From Proteromonas lacertae (Eukaryota): a DNA stretch of 64,000 bases. The notes under the pieces were generated by a model. The model was not told the origin of the DNA. It ran no database searches and was given only the letters and a program-made list of their open reading frames with translations. Every line of letters starts with the position of its first letter. The first letter of the stretch is position 1. Below, one piece after another: positions 28,387 to 41,754 of the stretch. The position numbers and the translations under genes were made by a program. The stretch covers positions 124,001 through 188,000 of the forward strand of contig NGBS01000008.1 of the NCBI GenBank assembly GCA_002245135.1, in the 5' to 3' direction.

Positions 28387-29493
28387 TTATTCCACTTTTA
28401 TTCGTTTACTAGGTCTTTCATCACTTTTATCAAAATAATTCAAACTATTTAATAGATTTTCATAAGATTTGAAGCAGTTACATGTAAACCAACTTCTTTA
28501 GATAAATAATCATTTTGTCTTAACATTTCTTGTAGTACATATTTACAATTCTTCATATTATTATTCAGCTTCATTGAAATATCGATATATTCTTTCATAT
28601 ATTCTTTCAAACTCAAATTCTTATTTTCTTTGTTAAAAGTACTAATATTTCTTAAACATCCTCTTCCAATCATATAATTAGTACATCCTCCACTTATTTC
28701 TTTATATTTCTGTAAATCATTTCTTTCAAATACATCACCATTCAAGATTATTGGAAATTTTAAACTTTCATATAATATTTTACTATATTCATAATGTGCT
28801 GGATTTCTATCTCTCTCATCTCTATATCGCAAATGAATGGCTACAAATTCACTTCCATTTTCATGAAGTTTATTTGCAAAATTTATCTATTAAATAAACA
28901 AAAACAATAAAAATACAGTTTCTTTTATATCACCATCTAATAATCGGATTTTACTTGAAACTGGAACTTTTAATTCTTTATGTAGTTTATTTATTATATC
29001 ACAAGCTATTTCTGGAGTTTTTAATAAAGAAGCACCCATTTTACCTTGAATTGAAAACTCTCTTGGACAACCCATATTTATATTTATTCCACTTACATCA
29101 TTCTCACTATACAAATGTTATTATTTTAAGTAATACACTAATTTTGCTGCTTTTAAAGCGATTTCTGAGTTTGGAACTCCCAACTGTAAGATCAAATGAC
29201 TTTTTTCTTCTTCGCATGTACTGAATATCAAATGATTTTCTTCATCTAAATATTCTATTGTATTATTTTTCACTAATTTCTTTATTAAACACTTTATAAA
29301 TACAATTAATTTCTCTATGACATTTCGCTAGTTTATAACCGATATATTCCTCGGTAAATACTAAATCTGCACCCATTCTTAAACTCAATAATCTCAAAGG
29401 TAGAGTACCCTAAATTTTATCATCATAACAATATACACATCGAACCATTGGAGCTAATGATAACTTAAATGACATTATTGAACTATCTGACAT
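28387..29493 (-). CDS. DUS2: tRNA-dihydrouridine synthase, DUS2-like
   Basis: LAPMVR-GTLPLRLL, LQLG, ININMGCP, SSKIR, NGDVF and MIGRG. The 3' end is ambiguous (stop at 28449 or 28387). Confidence 0.85.
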
Positions 29494-29587
29494 ACAGAAA
29501 AATAAAAAAATGATAACTAGCTTGAATTTGGCTTGTTTTATTCTATTTTGAAAACAGATAAAAATCTCATCAGATTTAGCTAATATA

Positions 29588-30316
29588 ATGTCTAATCTAT
29601 CTACTCCAACAGAAGGAGTGATATTTGATATAATAGAAAAAATGACAAAGCCCTTATGTTCAAAAGTGAGTTATAACTCTCTAAACATCTTACAGAAAGT
29701 ATTGACCTCAGAATGTGATGAAAAATCGAGTAATTTATGTGTTAAAGAATATAATGATATTTCTATCATTGTATATATCTTATTTTACTGTTTCTGTATA
29801 GTACAATCGAAGTAACAAGAAAATTGAGTTATCTTCCTGTGAAGTTGTTGAACAATTAAACAAATCAAACGATAATTTAGATGTTTCAACAATAATACAT
29901 GAGATGAGTATATTCGAATTGCCTCCTTTATTAAATCCACTGCCAAAAAGTATTTGTGAAGAATATGAAAGACACATAGCTAATATTGATAAGATAAATG
30001 AAATATTGAATAGTTTAAAAGATATAATCCCAAAGTTTCTTAAAGACTTGCCATTTTCCAAACTACCATACGAAATACATGGAAAAATATAAAGAAATCT
30101 ATGATGGAAAAGAAATTAATAATGATAAAGATGATGTGCTAATAATATCAATAATAAAAGAAGAAATTAAAGAATATAATGAAAAGATAAATGAAATTAT
30201 GAATGGAATTAAAACTAAGCTAATTCCACTCAACAAACAATTACATGATTATTATGATGAATTAAACTAAAGAATACATAAGAAAATATGGTAATAAACA
30301 ATACAAAATATTAGAA

Positions 30317-30356
<40 letters not shown>

Positions 30357-31608
30357 TAAGATATAAATCAATAAGTGATATTTCAAATAATAATGAGAAT
30401 AATATCAAAACAGAAATGAGTAGTGTATCTGTTTGATAAAACAATAAATGAGATAACATGATAAATATATTATATCTCCAACATGTAACAATCTGTTAAA
30501 TATGAATATAAATAAAAATAAAAATAAAAATGATAAAAATTCAATACTATTGTCATTGAATATATTTGAAAGTATATTTTTGAATAACAACAATTACACA
30601 AGTGAAAGTGATGTATTATATCCAAAGGAATATAATAAATATACACATCAAATAGTATATGAAAATGTAATAATCAATAAATATAAAGACCCACAATCAT
30701 TTTATCAATTTTATTATCAGAATTTGATATTTCAATCACTTCTAGAGAATAATGAAAAAATGTATATAATATAATATAATATTATAAATATATTAATGTA
30801 ATTTAGATTGTTAAATTTCACAGTAAATGATAAAAACAGTTTCAGTATAGTTGCTCCAAAGATAATTATTAATAACAAATACATAATTCCAATAGATAAA
30901 AGTTCATTTCGTTCCAAATACTTATGAAGAAGAATACAATGATAATGAAATAGAATTATACAAATTTCTCAATGATATTAATAAGGATAAGATAGAAGTG
31001 AGATTTATTCATTTATCATATAATGGAAAAGTGAGAACTGATATTGCTACAAATATAGAAACAGCGGATTTGAAATACAATAATCAAAATCTGATGAATA
31101 ATATTCAATATTTTATGAATGACAGTGAAAGTGATGATGATAATCAATGTATTTGTTATCATAATCATAATTATATCAATATAAAACAAATTAAAGATGA
31201 TGAATCTAATTTCACTCTTTCTAATGAATGTGTTATAGAAAATAACTATAATTCTTATCAAATTGAAGTATAACAAGTGTAAAAATTCAATTCATACTTT
31301 ACCATATATTAAATTGACCTTATTGTTTGAATTATCTTCAATTTCAAGATTGTCCTTTGAAGAATATTTGCCCTAAAATACATATATATCCTCTAATTGA
31401 TATTGGATATTATTTATATACAAAATATAAAAGTGTAGATGGAAAGATTGAAGAAGAAAGTGTTAGTTTGGATTGTAAATCTTTTAATATTTGTAGTGAT
31501 TTCTTAAATGGTTGTTGTAGGTCGTCTTATGGATCATTGAAGTGTAAGAATAAACATTGTTCTCAATCTGAAGCTTTGAAATTGATAAGTAATTCAATTA
31601 AAGTATAA
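29588..31608 (+). CDS. CCCH zinc-finger-containing protein broken by serial +1 frameshifts (recoded gene, pseudogene or assembly error)
   Basis: Consecutive open segments each continue in the +1 frame. GT-AG introns at 29771-29801 and 30762-30806; C-terminal CCCH-like motifs CLNYLQFQDCPLKNICPKIH and CSDFLNGCC...CKNKH. Confidence 0.55.
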
Positions 31609-31735
31609 TCTCTTTCATTTTTTCATTATTCTATGTTTTATTTATTAAGTAATCACATTAAAAATATAAAAAACAATCAAAAACCCAACTCAATATATAA
31701 AAAGTCCCACTTTGACAATATTATTAGCATTTTAT

Positions 31736-32626
31736 TTAAAAACCAACGGTTGCTCCTGGTGTTTTACCTTTAGCAATAGCAATATTAGCTTCTTCATATT
31801 CTGGAGGAACAGTCCATCCTTCTTCAGTTGGATCTTGAGCTTCTTCTTCAACTGTTGCTTCTTCTTCTGGTTTAGCATCCTTAATTTCTTCTGGTTCTCT
31901 GTAGAAGAATAAATCTACAGCGACGTTCCATTCTTCTGATCTGCTAATTACACCTCTTAATCTCAATACTTCTCTAGCTAATAACCAATACATTAAACCT
32001 AAAGCATGACAACCTTTGTTGTTACATGGAATAGCTACATCAACGAATGGTAATGGTGATTCACTATCGCATAAAGCAATAACTGGGATATTTACATAAC
32101 TGGCTTCTTTTACTGCTTGGGCATCAGCTCTTGTATCAGTGACAATCAATAAACGTGGTTCTTTGAATTGTTTAGTGATTTGGTTGGTGAATGTACCTGG
32201 GGTGAATCTTCCAGCAATGGTTTGTGCACCTGTGTATTGTCCATATTTTAAGATAGCTCTTTGACCATATGTACGTGAACTAATACAAATAATGTCCTTT
32301 GGGTTCTCAATGGTTACAATGATACGAGCAGCTAATTGGATTTTTCTCCATGTATCTTTAATGTTGATAATAAAAATACCTACACAAAATAATAATATTT
32401 CACAAAATTATATAGTATATCATACCATCCTTTCTTCTTTTGTATAAGTATGGTCTCATTTGGAAGTTAGCGCTTTTTGTACCAAGATGTACTTGAGCAG
32501 CTAACATCTTGTACATATCGCTTTCTCTATGAAATATTAATATTTTAATCCAAAAATAGTAAGGAAAAAAAGATTAGATAGATATAAATATAAAGCTTAT
32601 ATATACTGTAAGTCAAAGAAAGACAT
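31736..32626 (-). CDS. RPSA: 40S ribosomal protein SA (uS2)
   Basis: [34 protein letters not shown] and [10 protein letters not shown]. Confidence 0.97.
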
Positions 32627-32985
32627 TTTTTAGCAAAGTGGGTTAAAATGCAAATGCTAATTATAATAATTAGTTTTTATTTAATTAGGGTTTTTTTATA
32701 TACTTTCATTTCTTTTTTGCATTTCTATATAATGCAGAACAATTCACACCATAATAATTCCAGAAACTAATTCTACATAATTATTTGAATCAAATGGATA
32801 TATTGGTACTGATTGATGTGATGAACTAATCTCAAAAGCAATTATTTTTAGTTTTATATATTATATTGCAAGAAATTGTCCATGTTTATATTACTTTCAT
32901 TAATAATCAATACTTTCAATCGTTCATAAAAAGACTATCAAACATAGTTTGAATTTTCTGTTTTCTTTTTTTCAAAATTAATTTA

Positions 32986-33744
32986 TGAGTGGTAGTGCAA
33001 AGTAATAATTAAAATTTTAATCTCATAGATCTGCTAGACAGACATATCGTAGTTCTACAGCTCCATTTATATCTCCGTGTATTTTTAACACATTTTATTT
33101 ATTTTCAATTAATAGCTACAAAAAGAAAAGAGAAAGCAAAATCTCCAAGGGCACAAACAGCTACAAAGAAATTAAATCAAACTGTTGAAGAATCGTTGAA
33201 GAATAGACTTACAGAAGCTTTAATTCAAATATCAAACCTTGAAACAGAATTAAATACAGCAAAACAATATTTTTCTGATGAACTTGATAAACTAAAGAAA
33301 GAAGCAGAGGAAATGAAGGATATAAAAGAGGAAGAATCAAAAGAAGATGAAAACCCACAACAACAGCAGAAAGTAACGAGTATAATTGCAAGTATATATT
33401 CTGATAGAAGAAGATTACTTAAGACATATTGAATTATGTAGAAAGAACAAAGAATGGATAGCTAATTTAGATAGTTACAAATCACAAAAACCATTTTCTG
33501 TATATATCTATTGCATTTATATTCAATGTAATAGAAAACTATGATTACACACGATTTAAAACAAGAAAAGTATAAGGATTTGGAGTGTTTAGAATATCCA
33601 TGGTCCACACAGGATGAAATGATATTGAAAAGGGAATTAAATGATACTAAAAATGAATTGGCAAAAATGAATGCTTACTGTGATGATCTAACTAAACAAA
33701 TTCAAGAAAAGGATGAAATAATAGCTAAATTACAAAATCAGTAA
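32986..33744 (+). CDS. Small coiled-coil protein
   Basis: Helical ORFs 33196-33432 and 33541-33744 plus short exons, linked by GT-AG introns. Confidence 0.6.
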
Positions 33745-33968
33745 TTATTTAGTAGAAGAATATTTATTTATTGTGATATATTTGTTATTATATTTATATA
33801 TGTTTTATTTTATTTCATTGGATTTATTATGGCTTGTATAGAATATATACATAAATTAATTAGTAAATAATGTTTCTATCAAGAGAAATATAAGATTTAG
33901 CAATTTAGTTTGGCAAACCAATTTGGCTTGACACCTCATTTTCATTTTTTTATTTATCTTAAGATCAA

Positions 33969-35591
33969 ATGGATGAAGAAGTTCGATATCAGTGTATAAA
34001 AATAGTAAATGATCTAATCAAACATAAAAATTCTGGTATTCTATTCGTAGTCTTATTTATTGTAGAACCTTTCAGAAATCCTGTTCCTTGGAGAGAAAGT
34101 GAGTTGTTTGATTATCCTAAAATTATCAAAAAGCCAATGGATTTATCTACTGTTGCAGTATTGCATTTTAGTGTGATTTTATAGAAAAATCTTGAAAGAT
34201 CCGAATATAAAACAATAAATGACTTTTCAGCAGATGTTCGTCTAATTTGGACAAATTGCATGATATATAACAAGGTATTATACCAAATCTATATTTTTTA
34301 GGAGGATTCTGAACTTTATAAAATCGCAAAGCATTTGCAAAATTTATTTGAACAGAAACTACGGAAAGTTCCAGGTTCAGATCTACTACAGGATGCTACT
34401 TTAGAAGAAAAAGCACAATTTGCTGATAATTTATCTCAGGTAACTCCTGAAGATGTAGGTAAAATTGTAACAATATTATATGAAAGATGTAAAGCCAGTA
34501 TAAGCAAACTAAGTGCAACTGATATTTATGTCAATTTAGATGAAGTAGATATAGAGACATTTCGATGTATTCAATCCTATGCAAAATCATTAGTGCAACC
34601 ATCAGTAGAAACAACCACAATAACACATTCAACACCAGTATTAACATCATCCTCCACATTATCTTCTCCAACCCAAATACTTAGTTCTAATAATAACAGT
34701 AATAATGTAAATATAAATGTTACACCAAATATTACACCAGAGAAACAGCAAATACATCCAATACAACAACAAATTGAAACTACTAAAGATGTTGTTGTTT
34801 CACCAACAGTTAATACTGAATCAAATACAGCTGCAATGGAAATAGAATCACCTGTAGTAGAAAAATCAATAACAACAGTAGAAGAAGAAGGGGAAAAAAC
34901 AGTAAAAGAAAATGATTTAGCAGTAGTAAAACCAACGGAAGAAAAAGAAGAATCTAATCAGGAAAAACAGATAGAATCACTTCCTCCTCCACCCCCACCT
35001 CAACAAGATGAACAACAACAACAACAACAACTTAATGAAGAAATAATTCCTGTAAAGAAAGTAGAAGAAGCAGAAAAGAAAGACAATAAAGAAGAAGAAG
35101 AAAAACAAGATAAAGAATCTAATATGAATTACAGTGTTAATTCAGATACAGTAACAACCAATGCTACCACTACTACAGTATGTCTACCACAAGAACAGCA
35201 AACACCAGTACAACCAGAAGTATCAAAATCAATAGTTTCACCGCCATTACCAGTTGAAGATAATTTACCACCTCCTCCACCACCTCCTACTCCTTTACCT
35301 CCATTACCGTCAACACTAACACCACCTCCACCTCCTCCAGTACAGCCATTAACAACAACAACAACAACTCCATTTGAATTAACAAATCACTCTAATATTT
35401 CGCAACCACCACCACCTCCTCCTCCATCATCATCACAACCTCCTCCTCCTCCATCATCATCACAATTTCCAACAGCTACAGAACCATTAGTGGCATTACC
35501 TGTTTCTAATACTTTTGAAAATACTGAAAAAAGAAAAATTGGAGATGATTCTACAAATGAGAATGTAGCTAAAAAACCTAGATTGGATTAA
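33969..35591 (+). CDS. Bromodomain plus ET-domain protein with a Pro-rich tail (BET/GTE-like)
   Basis: PFRNPV, DYPKIIKKPMDLSTV and DVRLIWTNCMIYN; ET-like TLEEKAQFADNL...VNLDEVD. Confidence 0.85.
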
Positions 35592-35700
35592 ATTCGATAA
35601 TAAACTTATTATAGTAGTTTTTTTAATTCTTTTGACAATCATGGGTTATGAAAATTCTGAATAGAGAATAGCACCAAACATTTTTATTTCATTTTCTTAG

Positions 35701-36354
35701 ATGTCAGATAAGGCTGATGTAGTTTCAGCATATCCTAAGCCACCTCCATATTTTACACTATATGGTATTTATAATATTTTATCCCAAAATAGAAGATGGG
35801 CCAGATAGTGGCTTTGAACCACCTAAACCGCCAACTGAAAGTTATGATATGTTTGGAGAACAATATTCAACAGAAGTATACTAATTATTCTATCGTTTAG
35901 TTCTCAGAAGACACTTATCTGCCTTCTTTGACTTTTTCAGGAAAGAAGCAATTATTTCAGACAAGTGAAGATGGATCTTTAGTTGGTAATTATAAAGATG
36001 AATTAAAAAAGTATGTATTTTGTGAGAATTATAAATTATTAGAATTCTTCATTCAATTATTCAGGCATTTAAGGATTTATTATACTTATTGACGAATGCT
36101 CCATCTAAAGCGCCTGAAAAGGTTGAAGATATAGATATATTGTTCTATAATTTTCAACATCTACTAAATATGTGTCGTTTAGAACAAGTATACATTCTTA
36201 TCATTTATATTATTAGTCTAAAGATATAATAATCGAATTTATGGAGAAGAAAAAGGAAGAATATAAGAATGTTTTAGACAATTTAGAGGATGAAATAAAA
36301 CAAATGGAAAATATAAAACAAAAATATAACGATTTAATAGCTAGCTTACATTAA
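35701..36354 (+). CDS. MED7: Mediator subunit 7
   Basis: SAYPKPPPYF, PPKPP..Y.MFG, YKDELKK and VEDIDILFYNFQHLLN, read across short introns. Confidence 0.88.
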
Positions 36355-36378
36355 TTGATTATAATTTTATATGTTCAA

Positions 36379-36800
36379 CTATGTTTCTAATTTCTGTAGA
36401 AAAGTTCTTTGCATTTGAATAGCTTTTTCAAAAAGATCTGTTTTTAATTCTTCAACATTTTTCGATATTCTAGCATATAACACTGGTACATTATTCTATA
36501 TTTTGTTTATATTTAATAGATATAATACTTGATAGTGTATTTCTCCTATAAACATGTATAATTCATTCTCATTTATTGAATTAGTTTGTGATAGAGATAA
36601 ATCTACCATAAGCTTTACAGATTTATATTCTATTTCAGCTTGATTTATTAACGGTGAATATGAGTTTATTCTATAAAAAATAACAATAAAATCATTAAAT
36701 ACTTTCCTATTGTCCTAATAGAATCATTTTCTTTACATTCATTATTCATAATTTCAGAAACAAAATGGAACTCTCCTGCTCCAATGTTGTTATAATTCAT
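36379..36800 (-). CDS. TEN1: CST complex subunit TEN1-like OB-fold protein
   Basis: Manual translation gives SIRTIG, LMVDL, LYMFIGEI and LYARISKNVEELKTDLFEKAI; two introns. Confidence 0.75.
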
Positions 36801-36808
36801 TTTTTTGA

Positions 36809-36822
36809 TTTTGGCGCGAAAA
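36809..36822 (-). promoter_or_regulatory. E2F-like site upstream of TEN1
   Basis: TTTTGGCGCGAAAA about 9 nt upstream of the ATG. Confidence 0.55.
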
Positions 36823-36859
36823 AAACAATTTCAAAAATATAAATAATAAAACATTAAAA

Positions 36860-39195
36860 TTAATTAATTAAATAATCTCTTACATCCCTTTCCAATTCTT
36901 GTTGTTGACGAAATACCATCTCCAACAACTCTTCTCGCAAATGTTCAATAAGACCAATATGTGTAGAACCAAACTTTGCAACAACTTTCACTTGTGCATT
37001 AGCATTAAATTGAGTATATTGTTGTTGTGATACATTATGAGTAATAGAATGTGGATTTTCAAGTAATTTAAAAGTATACACCTGTATACCATCATAACTC
37101 TTTCTCACTATTGCAGACACATACATTAATCCATGGAATAACACTTGGTTATATATTGGACCATCATTATACCAATCATATAAGCTTCTCCACATTGTTA
37201 AATGAGTATTATCAATACAATAGAATATTCTATTCCATTTTAGGAATACTTTTAATGTTGGTGTTCTTTTTAACACATTACCATACAAATTACCTTGATA
37301 TCTGAATATTGGTGGATAATTATTTAAATTTGAAATTAATTCAGTTAATGTTGGAATTGGTACTTCACCTTTCAATATTGCAGCATTATCATAAAGAGAT
37401 GTTGAATTATTACTATTTCTATTTCTCCTTATTAATCCTAGATTAGAAGCAGAAGCTGTAATTGATTGAAAACTTGAGTTGGCTTGACGAATTGTTCTAC
37501 TTGCATTGTTCATTCTGGTAGTTGTAGTGTTGATGATGATGATGATGATATATTGTTACTATTCTAATTAATATATAATTATAAATATACTGTATATAAA
37601 CCTGAATTATTATGTTGTCTCTCATCATTAGCAATAATCTTTGCAATTTCTTCATCACTTAACATATAATTATCTTTTCTATGTAAAATATTTACCAATA
37701 AATTGGGTATTCCTTTAATATATTCTTCAACAGCCACAATCACTTCAGGATCTTCAACAAGTGCTAATTCATCTAAAATTGACTTTTCATAGGTTGTTAT
37801 TTCTTCAGCAACATATAACATCTCAATTTGATCTAATAAAACTGCTTTTGCTGATTTTACTTCTTTTGTTCCATTATCTTTAATTATATTTTCTTTATGA
37901 ATTATATTTGTTTCTATTGTTTCATTTTCATTGATAGTTTTGTTTTTATTTGTTGTTGTTGTTTTTGTTGATTTTTTTGATGTTCTTGTTGGTGGATTGA
38001 ATTTGGGAGTTTCTTCTTCATCTTCTGCACTATCTGAAAATAATTCAAAATCATCAATTCTCTTACTGCTCTTTTTACTCTTTTTTCCACTTTGATGATA
38101 AGCCACAATTTCATCTTCTGGATTGATTGCATTATTATTATTATTATTATCATTAACAGTGGTTTGTGTATGATAAATATCTTGTTGATGATATATAATT
38201 GGTGGAGATTGTTGAGTGATGATTGGCTGAGGTTGTGAATAGAAATTGGGTGGAATTAAAGTAGGATTAATTTGTTGAGAATAAAACTATTTAAAAAAAT
38301 AATTATATATATTATATATATACACTATTCATATTCATATATGGATTTGGCTGTGGATAAATATAACCATTATTATTAAAAGGCATTTTCATTTGTGAAT
38401 AAAAATATGCATTCTGTTGACTATATAATGGTGATATAGGTGGATATTGTTGTTGTTGTTGTTGCATATTCTGTTGTTGCTGTTGTTGTAAATACATGAA
38501 TCTCTGTTGTTGTTCCATCATTTGTTGTTGTTGTTGTTGTAAAAGCAATTGATTTTGTTGATTTAAATTACTCTTTTTAGCTGATTGACTTCTTTTTGCC
38601 TTATTGGATTTATTTGACTTGTTTTCATTGTATTTTACTAATGGCTGGTTTTTACCTTTAAATTTTATTGCTACTTCAGGCGAACCACTTGCTGAAGATG
38701 ATGAGCTTGATACTTTCGAGGAAGATGATCTGACTTTACTCATTTTCTTACAATATAAATCTTCAACTTCATCAAATGGATTTTTTCCTCTATAGTATAT
38801 ATATAATCATTATTATATACTCTTTACAAATGGATTTTATACTTTTGGGTGGTGTTGAGATGGGAGATGATAAATTAGAAAAATCATCAACATCATCTGG
38901 ATTGAGGTTAGATTTCTTCATTTTTTTAATTGACTCTATTATAACAATAATAATATATCCTCAATATACCCATTAAAACAGCATGTTGTTTAATTTGACT
39001 CATTGACGGTTTTTCTTCATCAGATGTGCCATTTGATTTTCTCTATCATTATATTATAGTAAAATATACTTTATTATCTCTTTTCTTTTGAGGTGTGGAT
39101 TTATTAGATGAATTATTGTTCTTTTCACTTCCTTTCACAACAGGTACTCGATATACAGTATCCCAACCACTTCTATATGCTGGTACTGTGTCCAT
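36860..39195 (-). CDS. Low-complexity (Q/S/P-rich) protein with a C-terminal PH-like domain
   Basis: ORFs 38312-38743, 37579-38106 and 36860-37513 join by introns; PH-like YQGNLYGNVLKR...KWNRIFYCID..LTMW. Confidence 0.6.
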
Positions 39196-39636
39196 TATAT
39201 TATGATTATTTACTGAAGATTAAAATTAGATGATTTATCCTTTCAAAATGAAAAAAGATCATTTATCTTCTTCTTTGATAATGATTGTATTGTGATTTGT
39301 ATGACTAAACTGCATACTCCACTTAATTGAATATTTTGCATTGACTATATTCACCTATTTACAGAATCTTCGATTTTATAAATCTGAGCAACTCCTTCCA
39401 TACTGCTATAAAATAATTTTTGCTACTCAAATTTCCATATTAATTCGATGATACAATACAACAACTACTAAAAAACGAAATGTTGACAGATCAACACTAT
39501 GCTATTAATGATCTTCTGATTAAATTCATGTAAATATATTTAATAGCATCTCATAATTATAACAACGAATAATCCGTTCATTGATAAGAAAACTGAGATT
39601 TAATAGTCAAACTAAGTTTGATTTGATTTTATAAAA

Positions 39637-40167
39637 ATGGGAAAAGGAGGTAAAGGAGGTAATAAAGGTGGAAAGAGTGATAAAGGTGGATCTAAAGAAC
39701 CTGCTGCTGCTACAGTACCAAAAGGTGGAGGTTCAAAAGTCAAAGTTCGTCATATTCGTATAAGTTGATATAATAAATGCATATAGTATGTGAAAAAGAA
39801 GGTAAAATTCAAGAAGCAATGAAGAAATTAAAAGAAGGAGTTCCTTTTGCAACTGTATTAGATAATTTATGAAGTGTAGGTAGCTCAGGAGTATAGTGAA
39901 GATAAGGCAAGACAAGGTGGAAGTTTAGGGTATATATATAGAATATATTATATTGATAGTTGGATTACTAGAGGTCAAATGGTGTATATTTTGTAATTTT
40001 GTGAATATATAGAGGTACTTTTCAAGATGCTGCGTTTGCACTTCCTAAAGGACAAATGACATATCTTTTTCTATTTACAATCATTATTTATTCTTAACAA
40101 ATATAACCAAACTCCAATAAAAACTCAATTTGGTTGGCATATCATTCTATGTGAAGATAGAGCTTAA
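39637..40167 (+). CDS. PIN4: Parvulin Par14/PIN4 peptidyl-prolyl isomerase
   Basis: G/K-rich N-terminus, VKVRHILCEK, YSEDKARQGGSLGW, FQDAAFALP and PIKTQFGWHII; five introns. Confidence 0.93.
40061..40106 (+). other. U12-type intron, AT-AA
   Basis: 5' ATATCTTTT and branch TTCTTAAC. The conserved parvulin frame requires the exon to resume at 40107, after AA. Confidence 0.7.
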
Positions 40168-40261
40168 TAATAAAGATAAATAATGTTGATTTTTTGTTTT
40201 TTATATGTTGTTGTGTTGATTCTTAGAGTTTTAATAAAAATGAAAAACACAATATCAATTT

Positions 40262-41754
40262 TTATTTATTATTCGTTAAGTATTTGGAAATATGTTGTTC
40301 AATTTCATATCTTGCCATTTTAATTATTTCAGTATCATTTTCATTAGGAGACCATATTGGCATATGATGAGAAGCACTCTATTAATAAATAAAAATGAAA
40401 TAATAATAATAATATACTGGTAAGAAGAAAACATCTTGATTATCTGATTCTATAATACTCATTGCACTCCAGGGATCTATACCTCCGTTTAGCCAGAATA
40501 TATTACTTCCTCTTTGATCAAATCCTCCAAAATGAGCATTTGTTTCATCCATCAACTCTTGAGTAACTTCAATTCCATAAGTATCTTTACATTGTTCAGC
40601 GAAGTATTCAACAGGTAAGTAATTTCCAAATATTTGATTTTTTGATCCTGTTGTTTGATACCATCCAAATTCACTACATGTCTGATACCACCAACTTCGA
40701 TCATCACTATATTTTATATCTCGACGAATTGATATGTATTTTTCATAGTTTACATTCATACACTTTTCACCATGGAAATGTTTATGAGCATTTAACATCA
40801 TTTTATATACTTCACTTTCATTTCCATGGAATATTTTACACAATGAATTGATTGTTGTTGGATTAGATGGTTTATCATATTGAATTACTTCCCAATAACT
40901 ATCATATACATTACTTATAAATAAATGTTCATCTTTTTTACTCACTATATTTTCACATAAATTAAAATCATTCTTTAATTCATTCTTTCCTTCTTCACTT
41001 TGAACCATTCTCTCTAATAATTCAAATCCATTCTTTATATTATCATAACATTCTTTTCCATTTTCAGCTGTTAATACGGCTTTACTAGCTACTTCATTAA
41101 ATTCAAACATATCCATCTTCGCATAAACTGGACCACTATCTGCAATTGCACCTGCAAAATAATGAGGATATTTCAATCGAGCCCAAGCACTTAATGTACC
41201 ACCATAACTACCTCCAAATGTTATCCATTTACTGTTTGGACTGTTATATTTCTTCGTTATAAATTGACGAAATGTGGATAAATCAGCTAAAGCTTGTCTT
41301 ACAGATAAATATCGTAAATGTTCTACTGATGTATCACTAAATGGCTGACTCTTACCATAGAATCTATGTTCAACTGCAATAGCTAATGCACCAAATTTTT
41401 TGGCATATACCATCATTGCTGAATCTACAACCCATATTGTTGAAAGTGGTGCTTCACAACCTATGTACAAGAAAATAGGATTGCCAATTTTCCAAAATGT
41501 ATCATTTATATAGTACAACTGTTGGTACGTTCGATTATCTTGTAAATCAAAGTGATCTAGTCTTTGAGTAAACCATTGATCAGGTAAATCTTTCAAACCA
41601 TTGGATTTCAATCTTCTTTCATATTCTACTACTTCTGGACTATTCATGATTGATCTTAATCGATGTGCATCAGCATAAATGACTATTCATATAAATATAG
41701 TATAATAATTGATATACAAAATGCAATAAATAGCAGGAATAAACGAATATTCAT
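40262..41754 (-). CDS. Serine peptidase family S28 (PRCP/TSSP-like), copy A
   Basis: Signal peptide, QRLDHF, EHRFYGKS, GGSYGG, QTCSEFGWYQ and NGGIDPW. Confidence 0.92.

Noticed and set aside
30425..30458. GTATCTGTTT as an intron donor explaining two of the frameshifts
   Set aside because: There is no U12 branch site, and the available AG at 30452 leads to a stop.
39248..39603. A second chain of +1-linked ORFs in the spacer before PIN4
   Set aside because: Most segments are 3-15 codons, as expected by chance in AT-rich DNA, and no motif is recognisable.
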